From Podarcis melisellensis (taxonomy: Eukaryota): a stretch of DNA of 64,000 nucleotides. Numbering within the stretch: position 1 is the stretch's first letter; every line of letters starts with the position of its first letter. A program made the position numbers and the translations under genes. Of this stretch, positions 13,008 through 24,531 are shown piece by piece. The notes below the pieces were generated by a model that was not told the DNA's origin, ran no database searches, and saw nothing but the letters and a program-made list of their open reading frames with translations. The stretch is taken from the NCBI GenBank assembly GCA_964234715.1, contig OZ174281.1; one strand, 5' to 3'.

Positions 13008-13204
13008 CAGTTGTACCTCGGGTTACAGACTCTGCTAACCCAGAAATAATACCTTGGGTTAAGAACTTTGCTTCAGGATGAGAACAGAAATTGCGCATTA
13101 GCAGTGTGGCGGCAGCAGGAGGTCCCATTAGCTAAAGTGGTACCTGTTTCAGGTTAAGAACGGACCTCCAGAACGAATTAAGTTCTTAACCCGAGGTACC
13201 ACTG
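13008..13204. mobile_element. Tc1/mariner-pogo (Tigger-type) MITE, copy 1
   Basis: TIRs CAGTTGTACCTCGGGTTA and TAACCCGAGGTACCACTG, with TA on both sides (13006-7, 13205-6). Near-identical to 56205-56430. Confidence 0.88.
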
Positions 13205-14000
13205 TATGCCAGTTTGAGTCCCTTCTAAGAAAGTTGTGTGTATAAATAAAACAGAGCGTTTAACGTGTTTAATAATCGTATTTTCAGTTTATATTCTACC
13301 TTTTCTCCCAAAGGAGATCAAAGCGGCATACAAGGCTGAGGTTTGCCATGGTAGTGTTGTATTCTTTCCAAGCCCCATCAAGTGCTGGTTTCCCATTTAT
13401 ATTACAAGAGCCAAATTGTTTCACATAAATTAACTCCCTCACCATGTTAATTAAAATCAGTATCATGGCAATAGCAACAAGTCCTGAATTTTCTAAATAA
13501 TTAAACACACTCCTCTTCCATATAAAACAATGTACATATGCTTAATTAACTCATAGATCTAGCTGAGAAACCCACAATTTGTGATCCACCAATCTGAACA
13601 CAACTGAAGTGGATCTTATTGTGACCTGACAAGAACTTGACAGGCAGTGAAATAGCTAAAGCAGAGTGTATTGAGCTACTGATAGGGTGTCATAAGTCGT
13701 TGGTGGGCTTTGCCGATCTTAGCTGTGCAAAATTGATAAGATTTTTGACTGTAGGTAGAATGAGTTTGCTGTGTGCGCGAATGTGTGAAGAGATTTATTT
13801 ATGTGTATACTTATTTCATTGCAGAATGGGTGGTTTTTGTGTTTCCTTATGACAGTGTTTTGATGCTGAAGTTATCTTTTTTTATAAACTGCTTACCTAC
13901 CTTTCTTGATTAAAGCAATGCATTTAACAGACAGGTGATGTTTTCCATGTTATGGTCTTTTTTCAACCTCAACACATGGCATTTACCAAGATACTTTTAT

Positions 14001-14082
14001 TTTATTGTAACCAATTTTATTGTAACCAATAATCAATTTGTAACCAATTAATCAATTTATTGTAACCAATTAATCAATTTGT
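14001..14082. repeat. Imperfect tandem repeat, four TTGTAACCAAT cores
   Basis: Directly visible units of ttgtaaccaat(t)aatcaattt. Confidence 0.85.
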
Positions 14083-16164
14083 CATTCACTTAAAAGCAAA
14101 ACAGTTAGTTGCTTGAAATATCTTTAATTGGTTGAAACCCTAATGATAATCAACTTCAGCTTGTGTGGTTCAGTGGACAGAGTATTTTGGGGGAATCCAG
14201 AGAACATTAGATGCTAATTAAAATAGAACCCAACTGTGTGCTTAAATTCCATACATCTTAATGGGATTTGAACTTACCTAATTTCCTCTGGTAGTATCCT
14301 GTGAACTTGTTGGTTAGCCTTGGCTACATAACTGGTTTTTAGTCTTGGGGCACGTATCTGTTTTCAACAGAATTCCATGAAGTTCCCTCAAGGGATCGGA
14401 GTAGTAGAAAGTTCTTCCTGAGGAGTTCTACCATGCCATTTTCAAGGTCAGGATCTTCTCCAGTAGCAGCAGCCATGGACTTCTTAGTCTTAGCCCAGTA
14501 AACTGGGTGAGTCAGTGATAGGATCTCCCCAGCTTGTGGCTGGGCTGGCTGAGTTGCAGACCTGTCTTGGAGAAGCAGATTGGGGCCTTCTTCAAGGACC
14601 AGCCAATTTGCCTGATGTGATCTTAACATAAATAATTGTGAAACACTTAAAACATGAATAGACACGAACACACTGAATTGAAGTGGTACTAAATGTACTA
14701 AAGGAATCTAACCAAAAGTATATCCATGGTGCAAAACCTTTAAGCTATCCTTTCAACTATGTTTGTAAGTATAGGTCACTATGCTTCTCATAAAATTACT
14801 ACTATAAAACAGCCTCATCAGGCTGTGAATATCCATCAGAGTTCTTTTTTTGGGGTGGGGTCAGGGATGCTAACCCGATAGTTCACAGTTTAGTTCTTAA
14901 GTTAAAGTAATATGTATGAGAGGAGAAATTATGCCTCTAAACTGAATATGGATCAGTTGAAGGGAACCGGCTGATGATGCCACCAAGGGAGTAGTAGTAA
15001 GTGGAACTGAGCCCTCAAATTGTAGTGGTTTTTTTTTTTAAAATGAAAATATTTATGAAAGTTGGGTGTAATTCTAGCGGTATCTGGTCTTGGTTATTGG
15101 CTTTGTTAATGTTTCTTGTGTGGTATGAGAGTCACTCTATATTCATTTTAGAAATATATAAGACCTTTTAAGTTTTTCTTCTTTTAACACCTTTTTTTAA
15201 AGACAAATATTCAGAACCTGATCCAACAGTTGGTTCCTAGTTTGAAGTTGAGTGCAGAGTCTTACATATTCAGCAAACATATCATGTGAGAGCTGTGTGC
15301 GCATTAAATGTACTTGGAGTTTTGAACCAGAACTGGACTTGATTATTCATTAATACAAATATGATCCAGTGCATTTGTATTTTGGTCATTTCTTCCTGGA
15401 GTACAGAATAAGAGTATATGTTTTATGTGCCTAGTGGTTAGGTAGGATTAGGGAACAAATAGCATAAAGAGAAGAATTACATGGCTTGTTTATTACTTAA
15501 GGGTGAAAAGTATTTTAAATTCATTGTCTTAGTCCAGGATGGCAGAAAAGACTGGCAACTCCTTGAACGCTTGCTACTGTCTCAACCACCAACCCTTTAC
15601 AACTGGCAACTTTTAAAAAATGGGCATTCTGTGTCTGTGTGTATAATTGTTGTCACCTTATGAAGTAGGTTACTACTGCTATGATCTGGACTTCATCTAA
15701 TCCAGGAAAGCCCCCTGAATTTCTACAGACATGGCTCAGCTGTAACCAAGTCCCTGCTTTTAAAGGCTGGGGCTACCCAATAGAGTTGAATACCCCCTCC
15801 CCAGCGCCCCACTTTATTTCTTTATAGATTATTAACAGGTGGTTACACTGCAAGCCCACACCAATGTGAAACACATATTTTGTATCCCATTCAGTGTTGC
15901 TTGGTCAAGCTCAGAGAGAAAACCAACAGCTTTCAAAAGCAGTTTGCTCCTTTGCTCAAGATTTCTAGTTCTGAGTCAAAGAACTCTCAAGACATATGTC
16001 CATCTTAAATTGCATTTTTGCATATTATTGTGCCTTCAAATCTTTTATGTATTCTGATGAAATTAATGGAGTATCTGCTCCATTGTCAATTGGTCAGTCC
16101 TTCCCTGGATGTCAATACAAGCCATTTTGCTACTAAATCAGCTCTGCAGTACACAGCCCTAAAC

Positions 16165-16291
16165 CAAGGGTAGCCAACATAGTGCCTCCAGCTGTTGGGA
16201 CTCCCAAATTCCATTAGCCAAAGCCATCATGGCCAGAGATGATAGGATGTAGCCTAAAAACATGTGGAGAACATCATATGGGTATTCCTGC
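16165..16291. mobile_element. Old palindromic hAT-type MITE, about 130 bp
   Basis: gggtagccaacatagtgcctccagctgttgggact...catggccagagatgataggatgtagcc...acatgtggagaacatc; same family as 20757, 51768, 54797 and 59870. Confidence 0.6.
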
Positions 16292-19200
16292 CCTACACCT
16301 AGAACTAGGGATGTTAACTTTTAAAGCAACCACCATATGGTTAATAGGTAAATTTCTATCAACGCTAGTTAATGTTGGCTAGTATTGTGGCCAAAGTAGC
16401 TAAATTTTAGCCATGTTTCAGTCTGCAGCAGCGAAGAGAAGGGGCGGGGTAAATGTGTCTGCTCTAAATTCCTAGTCCAGAATTAAGGGATTGGAAAGAT
16501 TTGGCATGTTCCTGCTTCAACACTGCTAGTGTGGTCTGCTTTGTTTGGGTCCTTGATCCTGCTGTTAAGCCTCACTTCAAGCTCTGTTTTCAGCGAGTTG
16601 CAGTTTTGCATTAATCAAGAACCTTTATTTTAAACAGTGAAATATGCTCATCTCCCATTCAACATCCTGAAAGTGAGGAGAGTTAACATATATTTCCTGT
16701 TCTTAAGTGTCTTTCTGAAATGTGTCTTCTCTCTCTGAAGGGTGGAGGGGGTGGGTGGGGGGCAGTCTGTGCCTCTTATTAGCTTTACATGCACAGAGGC
16801 AGAGGAGAGAAAATGCATAAAGATACCTCCCGAAATTACTGTAATTTGTAGATGCTAAAATAATGGCATACACATATCACTTCTGTTCTGTCTGGATAGC
16901 TCTGTAAATTGTGTATTGATTATGCTAATCTGCCTAGTGTCTCTATTACTTGTCTGCTGATACTACTCAAACATGCAGATTGAACACATTTTTCCTCCTG
17001 CAAAGTTGTCATTCTTGTGGGAAAAGACTTGTGTAAGATGGGTGAAAAGACCAAATAACTTCTAATCTTTATGCATAGGAGGGTTTATAGAATAACTATT
17101 TATTGAACTGCAGGAAACGCAAAATGCAAGTCACCCCCTTCTCCACCCCCCCAAAAAAGAAAGAAAAAAATGAGGACAGTTGTCTTAGGTTAAAACCTTT
17201 CCTCCTCTTCTACCTCCCAGCAACTATTGTTGCTGTATTAGGCTTATTTTGTTTCACGTTCCTTAAGGAAACCATTTTAGGAAGGGTACTAAATCAATAG
17301 CAATCTATTTTTATAGTTTATTTTGGGATGTGTGGCTTCTCTCTTACTTTGTTTAACAAGCCGAAAATGGCCTCAGTCATTCAGGGCAGTAGGTATCTCT
17401 AAAAAAATTATTAACCTGCCTCGTGAAAAAGAAAATAAGACTTTTTTCAATTATCCAAAGCTTTTATTTTTATTATAGTTTGTAGTAGTATAAATACAAT
17501 AAATCACAGCCTTTGTTCTCAAGGATTTGTTGTAAAGTGTACATTCACATTCTTGCTGTGTTTGTACAACTTCACAGTCACCCATTACTTCCCTTATTAA
17601 GTCTCTAATGCACATTTTTGCCAGTGGCCACTACTTTCCTAATGCGGAACAAGGCTGGCTCTCATTTAAGAGGCAGCTTAGCGAATTGCAGAGTATGTCG
17701 TTATAAAATGAAGGAGGAATAATGAATTTTGTTCCCTGGGCTTTATCAAATTCCTGCTCATGTTTAGAGGCCATCCCATTTTCATAGCTTGCTCCCTGAG
17801 GGGCCCTTTCATAGCATGCTCCACAGGAGACCTGTTCAGTCTGCCAGACTATTGCTCTAGCGCTGAAACCGAAAGCGAGAGAGAGAGGTGCACCCTCCTC
17901 AAAGCAGGCGTTACTGGGTGCTGAAGAATCCTAGGCCAACACTGTTCCTGGGCTGCGGAAATCTGCTTCAAGTCTATTATTGGCCTTCTCATTCTCACCT
18001 GCTACAGTTCAGATTTGGGCACTGGGGCTACTGTACTCCACAGGTATCAGGAGTGATAAAAAAAGCATATCTGATCACGACAGAAGAACTAATTCACATT
18101 CTGAGTGGCAGTTGTGCTTCGCTCCTCTACGCAGAAAGAGTAAAGGGAAGGGGGGCATCTGAAACATGCAGCGGTGATGGCTCCCTGGCACATGTCTACC
18201 ATGCATTCCTGAGCTTTTGAAGCTCTTCTCCCCTTTGTGCTATGTGTGTACAGGCTCCAGAACTCTGGTCTGTGCATTGACTGTGCCTGTAGTATTGCAA
18301 AAGAGAATCAAGGAACGGTGTTGGCTTCTCCCTACAACCCTGTTCCATTGCGATTACTTTCTCTGCCTTTGTCTTTCCCAAAGCACGTCTGGTGCAGTAT
18401 GCCTTTCGTTGCTTCTGTTTCATTAATCCCCAAACTACCTACTTTCCTTCCTTTTCCCCCAACCTTGTTCCGTGTGTTTTGGAAGAGATAATTGCCTGTT
18501 CTGTGCCCTGTAGGACACCATCTACATTTCAGCACTAAGCCAACATTGAGTAGTGGTGGCAGTAGCAGCAGCACTATCACAATAACATTTTGCAAACTTA
18601 TTTTTTTCATTGAGATTGAAGAAACACTGCTAAAGAAAACTTAACTTAAGGATGATTCAGTATGCTTTGTGTTTTGATAGGACTAATTCTGCTTTACTTA
18701 TTTATTATTTGCTTAGTGCTGAAATGCTTTTATATGATTAATCTCATAAGATAAGGCATGAGAAATTGAAACAACAGCAACCAGTACTAAACAGTGAGCA
18801 CGAAATTCATTTTACAAAGGCCACTAACTTTGTGGTGGTCTTAATGCGCGAGGTGGCAAAGCATCAGGGCATGTGCTTGCTCCATTCACAGAAAAGTGTG
18901 CCAGGCCATGAAGTGACTACTCAAAAGTAGAAAAATCAACAACTGCAACACATGACCCAGGGTATGTGTCTCCCCACTAACCCCATGCCAACATATGAAA
19001 GATGCTCCACTGATAACACCTCTAAGGTCACAGTGTATTGCATATTCTTGCAGATTATAAACCTTTGCTGTAAGACCTTCAGAAAACTGGATGGAATTCT
19101 TCCTGTGTTAGTATCTCGGGCAAAGAAGAGAGCAAACTGCAATTCTTTTGTTTTGGATGGAAAGTGGGGGGAATTATTTAGCACGCAGCTGACTTCCATC

Positions 19201-20756
19201 TTGTGTGCAGTGAAACACATTGGAATTCTAAAGCCATTTTTTGGCTTCAGGCAGACTTATGGCATTATGGTATGATGGATGAAGGCCTATCACTCTGCAG
19301 CCTTTGGTGTGGTTGATTAGCAGGTGCTAGTGATTAGTTGACTGTTGTGGACTGAATTACTTATAGACATTCTGTTTCATTGTTTAGCAGTGTTGGCCAG
19401 TGCTGGCAGTATTTGGATTTCATTGGGGCACTCTCTCTCTTTCTCTCTCTGTTTATTTAGCAAAATTGTGTCTTTTGTCTCCAAAGTTGTTCAAGGCGGC
19501 TGTTAACTATTGCTCCAGTGCAGCCAAGTATTAAGTGTATTGTATTGTTTGTTTGTTTACCGAGGGAACTGAGAAAACTGATTATAGTCCACACTTAACA
19601 GTTTTTAAAATGTGTTTCCTGAAGGACACACAAACAGTAATAGAAGAACAGTAGTCCCTCTCATACCATTTTTCTGTATCTGTGTATGCATGCAATACAG
19701 CGTGAGTGCCTTTCTAGCCAGGTGCGCTGTGCAGTTCTAAGTTCAAAAGGGAACAATGAATAACAGAGGTGTTGGTGTTGTTGCCTTTGAAACTTATAGT
19801 TCTGCTGTCGGCTCATGCTGCCCCCACATTTTCCCTTGATCTATCTTTAGGAATCAGTTCTTCTAGCCCACTGCCTTTCTCTGGTTTAATTGTTATTCGT
19901 TTTGAGGAGGACATAACCATTTTAGGAAGATGCACTGAAGCATATAAACACAAGGATGAAGTCAGCACAACATACCTGTAGCAGCTAGCCATATTTTGCA
20001 ATGCTTGGTGCTCTGTTCCTGAGGGTTAGCTTCAGTAACTTTCCAGCAGCCAAATTTGGAAGTACGGACAAAGGTTAACAAGATCTTAACAATTGCTACC
20101 TAACCCACATCCGTCACCACAGGCAGGATACGAAAACCACAGCAGCTATTATTAAAAAATTGTGGCGTTGTCAAGCTAACTGCTAAGCTCATTTTTGCAG
20201 TTTGGGCCTTTTGAAGAGGTTTTATATCAAACATTGTGGCATTATCTTTTGGGGGAGCTTTTTCAAAATTATCACGTAGGATAATGTCTGAACAGACATC
20301 TTGGCCAAACTTTGTATCTACAGTACTTAATAAGAGAGATTTCCTATCGCCTTATAGGTTGAACCTTATATTTGTTGCAAACAATAGAAATCAGAACGGC
20401 ACCGAAGTATTTTTAAAATATTTACCTAAATTAGAGATAATATCGCTCAAGTCTTTGACATTATAATGAGTGGGATTCAACTAACCTATGTTGCTCTGCT
20501 GTACAGTGTGCAGTATAGTTTGATTCTACAATTCCTTGTAGAATATAAACAAAAGTTTGCTTTGTTCATTTATTTTAGAAAACCATAAAGAGCAGAACCT
20601 TTGACAAAAAGGAGAATGACACCCTGAGAAATGCTGTCTCACTAGTAATATACTAACTCTTAGGTCTGATTTGGAGATAACAAATCATGCCTTTAACAGA
20701 ACGGCCAAGTGTGAGCCTCATATTCTCCTTTGCCCTCATTCATGCCTTAAGTTAGG

Positions 20757-20855
20757 CCAGTGGTGAGCCAACATTGGACCCTCCAGATGCAGCCGGACTA
20801 CAGCTTTGGCCAGCATGGCCAGTGGCCAAGAATGATGCCCAGCAATACATGGAAT
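20757..20855. mobile_element. Old palindromic hAT-type MITE, left part; the right end resumes at about 21369-21382
   Basis: cagtggtgagccaacattggaccctccagatgcagccggactacagc...ggccagcatggccagtggccaagaatgatg, interrupted at a TA. Confidence 0.6.
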
Positions 20856-20857
20856 TA

Positions 20858-21366
20858 CCGCATTCTTCGCACCAGACCATAAGACGCACCTAGTTTTTGG
20901 AGGAGGAAAAGAAGAAAAAAAATGTTCTGAATCCCATAAGCCAGAATAGCAAGAGGGCTCTGGCTTCTGGGATAGCCTCTTGCTGTCCTGGCTTATGGAA
21001 TAGCTGCGCGCAGCCCCTCCTGGGCAGCGGGATGAAGGCTCCCCCTGCCCGGAAGAGGTAGCGCGTGGCTAAGGCAGAAACCACAACAGCAAGCGATCCC
21101 TTATGGGATAGCCACTCGAAGCCTCTTGAGGGCAGCAGGAGGAAGGCTGCCCCAAGAGCCGCACTCCCTTTAGAGAGAGCGCAGAGCATGTGTGCGGCTC
21201 TTGGGGGCTTTTCCCCGAGGAGGGAGAAGGGCTGCCCTTCCACGCGGCTCTTTAAAGGGAGCGCTGAGCAGAACCTCCCGCCTGCATTCACTCCATAAGA
21301 CGCACACACATTGCCCCTTACTTTTTAGGAGGGGAAGAGTGTGTCTTAATAGAGCAAAAAATACGG
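20858..21366. mobile_element. Non-autonomous Tc1/mariner-superfamily (Tc2/pogo-type) DNA element, about 510 bp
   Basis: TA|CCGCATTCTTCGC...GCAAAAAATACGG|TA imperfect TIRs, internal repeated ccataagacgcac motif, and a GC/CpG-rich interior. Confidence 0.75.
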
Positions 21367-22784
21367 TACATTGCCTGCCCCTCAGGTAGACAAATTTGAA
21401 GCTTTCAGCCATAGTTTGTAACAGTCCATAGTTTTTCATTCCATTCAAAACCATACTTGGGTGAAATAGGAAACTGCTTTGTTACAAATTGTGATAACTG
21501 AAAACTTTAAATTCCCTTCCCCTTGTGCTCAAAAAAGTGATGGGGAGGCAAATGTGCAGAAGCACTGGGCTCATAGCTCCTCTCTCTCATAACAGTAAAC
21601 CATGGTCTGTCAGTATGTCTGAGTTGAGCCTCACAGTGCCTACTGGCCAAAAACCCAACAGCTTCCACACATTTGGCCCAGTAGCTACTACAAAACATTT
21701 TGCAGAACAGCAACAACTGTTGTCCCTGTTTCATCATCACAGTGTGGATCAAGAAAGAGTTAAAATAAGTAATTAGTTGTGCCCAGGAGCCACCAGTGGG
21801 AGAGAAGTAGAAGCAAAGTGAATTTTGGATCCTGCTGAACTTCTGAATATTTACTCTGTTGGAATAAAATGGGCTAAATTCTCTTCTAAGTGGGACTGCT
21901 CCAAGCATGCCAAAAATGTCACCACTGTTCTTGACAAACGCACAGCATCTATTTTTTGAATGCTCTTATTAGAGCTTCCCACCGCTTGAGTCTAATTTTG
22001 TGCAGCGTGAAGGGAGGAACTCCCAGGGCAAGGAAGGCTTCTGTGCGTCATCCCAGTTTGAAGCAACGTAGGCTCAGGGGGAGGTTTCCCTCACCTGCAT
22101 CTCTGGGAAGGGACCCCTAAGTTGAAGAGAGCTCCACTAGGTTCTGAACGTCACAGGCTGCTCCATTTCTCTTGATCTTGCTATGATGGAGTCTAGACAG
22201 TTTAATCCACCATAGTGGCACCCTTCACCCGCCTTTTCTGCACTTCCTCCAGATCTCTTGGATGGGCAAAGAGATTTGGGAAGTTTTGAATGACTTGCTA
22301 GACTGCCCAGCCCTTTCAGAAAGGGTAACAGGAAATGGCTAACACAGAGATTGACTGTGCCTGCACTACTCACTTGCTATGGGGAGACCTCACCCCCGAA
22401 CAATCTGAGTTCTTTTCCATCTTTTTTTCTCGTGGTACTCTCAACTTCTGCTCTTTGTGATGCTCCTTTTAACATTTCTCAAAATGATGGGGCGGATAAG
22501 GATGGATGTAGTGGATGCGGATGGGTTCAGAGAGCTTGCAGCCGTCTTCCCTCCAGCATGGCAATCCTATGGCTGTGGCAGGCAGCGACAACCCCAAAAT
22601 ATTTGAACAGAAGCTACCCAGGCCAAAAGTGTGTGCGTGTGTGCATGTGCACATGCATGCTTATGCAATGGGATTGAAATAAATGGGATTTCTCTGCCCC
22701 AGGTTGAAGTGGGATCCTGGGAGTTAGAATGGCAAGGACAGGAACTCCCTGGCTAAATCTTCTTAATTATATTTTACAACGCTC

Positions 22785-23421
22785 TACATCTTGGCTGGGG
22801 AACCTTTTCCAGCACAAGGGCTGTGTTCCCTCATGGAGAACCTTCTGGGGCTGCCTGCCAGTGCTGGGCTGGACCAGAGGCAAAAGTGGACAGAATGATG
22901 GATGTTACTCTTACCTTTTATATTGGAGGTTGCCTCCAGCCATGCTAAAGTTAGTGGTTGACACAGTTGTGGACAGTGGTTAGACACTGCTGCTCACCAG
23001 ACCCACTGAAAACTGAGTCATTGCCGCTTACCAGGGCAGAGAGTGGGGGGGGGGCGAGGTGGTGGGGAGTTCAGCACTGTGCAAAAGCAACAGGGCTCCT
23101 GCAGGCGCATTTGCACAATGCCAACCAACTTGCTGCCCCGCCCCCTAACTCTTTCACCTGGTAAGCTGCAAAGACTCAGCTGTCAAGAGGTCAGGTTAGC
23201 ATCACTTCACTGTCCATTACTGTACACACACACACAGCATCCATGCAAGCAGGAGGTATTACCGCAGTTCAAGCCCATATTCCAGTGAGGCAGTACGTAA
23301 AGAATGAATGTATGGAGCAGGGGGTGGAGTGGGACATGGCCTGGGAAAAGACTCCCAAGGGCTAGAAAGAGAGGTATGGAGGGACATCTCTAGCCCTCAG
23401 GTATGAGTTTCCCCAATCTGC
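22785..23421. mobile_element. Degenerate hAT-like non-autonomous element
   Basis: Ends ggctggggaacctt and gagtttccccaatctg form imperfect inverted termini around a GC-rich interior. Confidence 0.4.
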
Positions 23422-24474
23422 TCAACATCATTCTCTTACCATTAGATCCCACTCCACCCCCAATTTCTCTTTTAATGGTTGTTTCCATAGAGTAGCTAAA
23501 ATCACAGTGCAGCATAAAAGTTGTACCAGGGAATAATACCGCTTAATGTATAATGCCTCTATGGAATCCTTGTCTTATTAAATACCTACTAGTATCACAT
23601 CCAGCCTGTGAGACTTAAATATCTAACTAAGCAAGCGTTTATATTTTTTGCCAAGACTTTAAGACTGCTCCTCAGTAGAAGCTTGATAAACTTTTAAGCC
23701 CCCACTCCTTAAACCTTAAATTGTCACCTCTTTGGAATGGGAGAAGAGGACTGTTCTCTTCCTCCTGTCCATTTAGAGCTGGAGCTTGATGGGAGAGTCT
23801 TTTTAAAAGAAAAAAAGAAAAAAAGAGTGGCAATTCTCCTTTATCTTGAGTCGCATCCCTTACAAATTGCTCTAGTGCCTGACACTGTTGCTACAGCCAA
23901 ATGCAAATTACAGGAATAGCTACAGTGCAACTGACCATAGCCCAGTCAAAATGGCAAGGGTAGCTGCAGTCACAACTCCCCAGTCATGATGAATACACTC
24001 GATAGATAACTTTCGTATTCAGAGTCCTAGATATTAGGATTCTGATAGATTTTATTTTATTTTTGATATTTTTTAAGTGGTAGTGAAATTCCAGATTGAT
24101 GGTTTAAGAATGCTCTTGCCCTTGTGCTTACAGGGGCTACTACGGTTGGTGGAGCTTTTCAAGTAAGAACACAGTCAAAGACGGATTCCCTTCTGCAATG
24201 ATTTATTTGGCTTCTGATGCACAACATTTTTTGAGTTGTCCCATAAAGCCACTTATCCAATGGACAAATAGATGCATTGAGATTCCGTTTAAAGCCTGGC
24301 TCCTTTTCAAATAGATCTTTTGTTAGGCAGAATTTCTTTTTATTTATCATGGAGTGGGAACATTGATGGCCTTAAGAAAGGAAGGTAGCGATATGTGTTT
24401 GGAATACAAATAAGGCACTTACCTAATGGATCATTTTTCGTTTTGTTTGTTTGTTTTTTACCTTTCCTTGACAG

Positions 24475-24531
24475 TAGAAGAAAATGAATCGGAGGACCAG
24501 GGAGGTGTGGGACAGTCAGCTGTGCAGACAG
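24475..24531 (+). CDS. ZNF521: Probable alternative in-frame 57-nt ZNF521 exon, (V)EENESEDQGGVGQSAVQT
   Basis: Branch-like CTAAT at about 24423, a T/C-rich tract of about 40 nt, CAG acceptor (AG 24473-24474) and donor CAG|GTAATG at 24532. Phase 1-1, no stop, purine-rich. K-VEE start parallels ZNF423 exon 2 (KVEEGEASD...). Confidence 0.78.

Noticed and set aside
20890-21454. Overlapping ORFs as a novel gene
   Set aside because: They lie in a GC-rich non-autonomous transposon and show no recognisable domain.
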